A DNA stretch of 16,452 bases from an uncultured archaeon (lineage in GTDB: Archaea; Asgardarchaeota; Lokiarchaeia; Sigyniarchaeales; Promethearchaeaceae): contig CAYRPF010000057.1 of assembly GCA_964426185.1 (NCBI GenBank), forward strand, positions 1 to 16,452. Direction: 5' to 3'. A model generated the notes under the pieces. It made no database searches. It had not been told where the DNA came from and saw only the letters and a program-made list of their open reading frames with translations. Within the stretch, counting starts at the first letter, position 1, and each line of letters starts with the position of its first letter. Positions 15,760-16,452 of this stretch are shown here, in pieces. Made by a program: the position numbers and the translations under genes.

Positions 15760-16353
15760 TTATGCAAGTAATGATTGAAAATTTTTTTGTAAGATCTCAC
15801 GGCTCGACTTCTCCTCCAATAGAATCATCTCTTCACAAATTGCGAATGTTTCTTTTACATTGAAGCCATTTTTAGCCGAAGTTAAAATATAACCATAGAG
15901 ATTGCACTCATCCTTATACTGTTCATAAAAAGCAATAAGATCCTCCTCATATTGATCCACCTGTTCATGATCGATTAAATCTACCTTATTGCCCACTAAA
16001 AGTATCGGAATCTCCACATTTTCTTTAATTACCATTTCGATCCAAGCAGGCATATTTGAAAACGATCGATAGCGAGAAAGATCAAACACTATGAGGGCGC
16101 CTTTTATACCCTTAATATAGGCGTCTTGAACAGGTCTAAAACGATCTTGCCCACCCAGATCCATTGCCAAAAATTGCTTTATTCCTTCTTCTGGATTAGA
16201 AGCCTCAAGTGGAATAAACTCAAAATCAACTCCGATGGTAATGGATTTACTTGTATCGAAGTCTCGTTCCATTTTGGCTGCGATCAAAGACGACTTGCCA
16301 CAAGCGCCGTCACCCATGATGCCAATTTTATGAATTTCAGGCTTCTTTCCCAT
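15760..16353 (-). CDS. Rab-like (Ras superfamily) small GTPase, about 197 aa
   Basis: G1 GDGACGKSS, G2 ITIGVDF, G3 MDLGGQDRF, G4 VGNKVD, G5 LTSAK. ATG 16353 (MGKKPEIHKIG, AGGA upstream) preferred over the ORF-track start 16425. No prenylation motif. Confidence 0.94.
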   Translation of the reverse strand: MGKKPEIHKIGIMGDGACGKSSLIAAKMERDFDTSKSITIGVDFEFIPLEASNPEEGIKQFLAMDLGGQDRFRPVQDAYIKGIKGALIVFDLSRYRSFSNMPAWIEMVIKENVEIPILLVGNKVDLIDHEQVDQYEEDLIAFYEQYKDECNLYGYILTSAKNGFNVKETFAICEEMILLEEKSSREILQKNFQSLLA

Positions 16354-16452
16354 TTTGATAGTGTTCCTAATATTGTTAATTAACACATAGTGTTTGAATG
16401 CTAAATACGTTTTTGAAGTATACAACTTCTTATTTTTAATGAAAAATTTCTG

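Noticed and set aside
929-16383. Other short nested or antisense ORFs in the track (e.g. 929-1135, 2696-2986, 3107-3370, 3492-3704, 4038-4244, 9141-9413, 16126-16383)
   Set aside because: All overlap longer motif-supported CDSs and show no recognisable features.
16354-16425. 24-aa N-terminal extension of the second GTPase in the ORF track
   Set aside because: ATG 16353 gives a normal G-domain start with AGGA upstream; the extension looks like AT-rich intergenic sequence.

Overview
AT-rich, gene-dense chromosomal window with no RNA genes, CRISPR arrays or mobile elements that I can support. Two unprenylated Rab-like small GTPases, archaeal-style TATA boxes and oligo-T terminators, and the gene families present point to an Asgard archaeon, probably Lokiarchaeia (inference). 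Gene order: Rab-like GTPase (+); CBS-pair/4-TM protein coupled to an RGG-rich two-TM double-zinc-ribbon protein (+); Mrr-like PD-(D/E)xK nuclease and pentapeptide-repeat protein (-); PDCD5-like protein, class I HDAC/AcuC deacetylase, two tandem HAD hydrolases, a 924-aa HEAT plus multi-winged-helix protein and a 510-aa protein (+); an uncalled 53-aa ORF, an Eis-type GNAT acetyltransferase and a 220-aa protein (+); a second Rab-like GTPase (-). The main result is that four apparent hypothetical proteins resemble, by eye, eukaryotic-type modules: UFL1/DDRGK1-like winged helices (924 aa), the luminal domain of APD1-4 membrane E3 ligases (528 aa), tandem Roadblock/LAMTOR domains (510 aa) and a V4R/TRAPP-Bet3 fold (220 aa). 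All four calls rest on remembered family motifs and need profile or structure searches. The first HAD gene also lacks a canonical start codon upstream of its catalytic motif.
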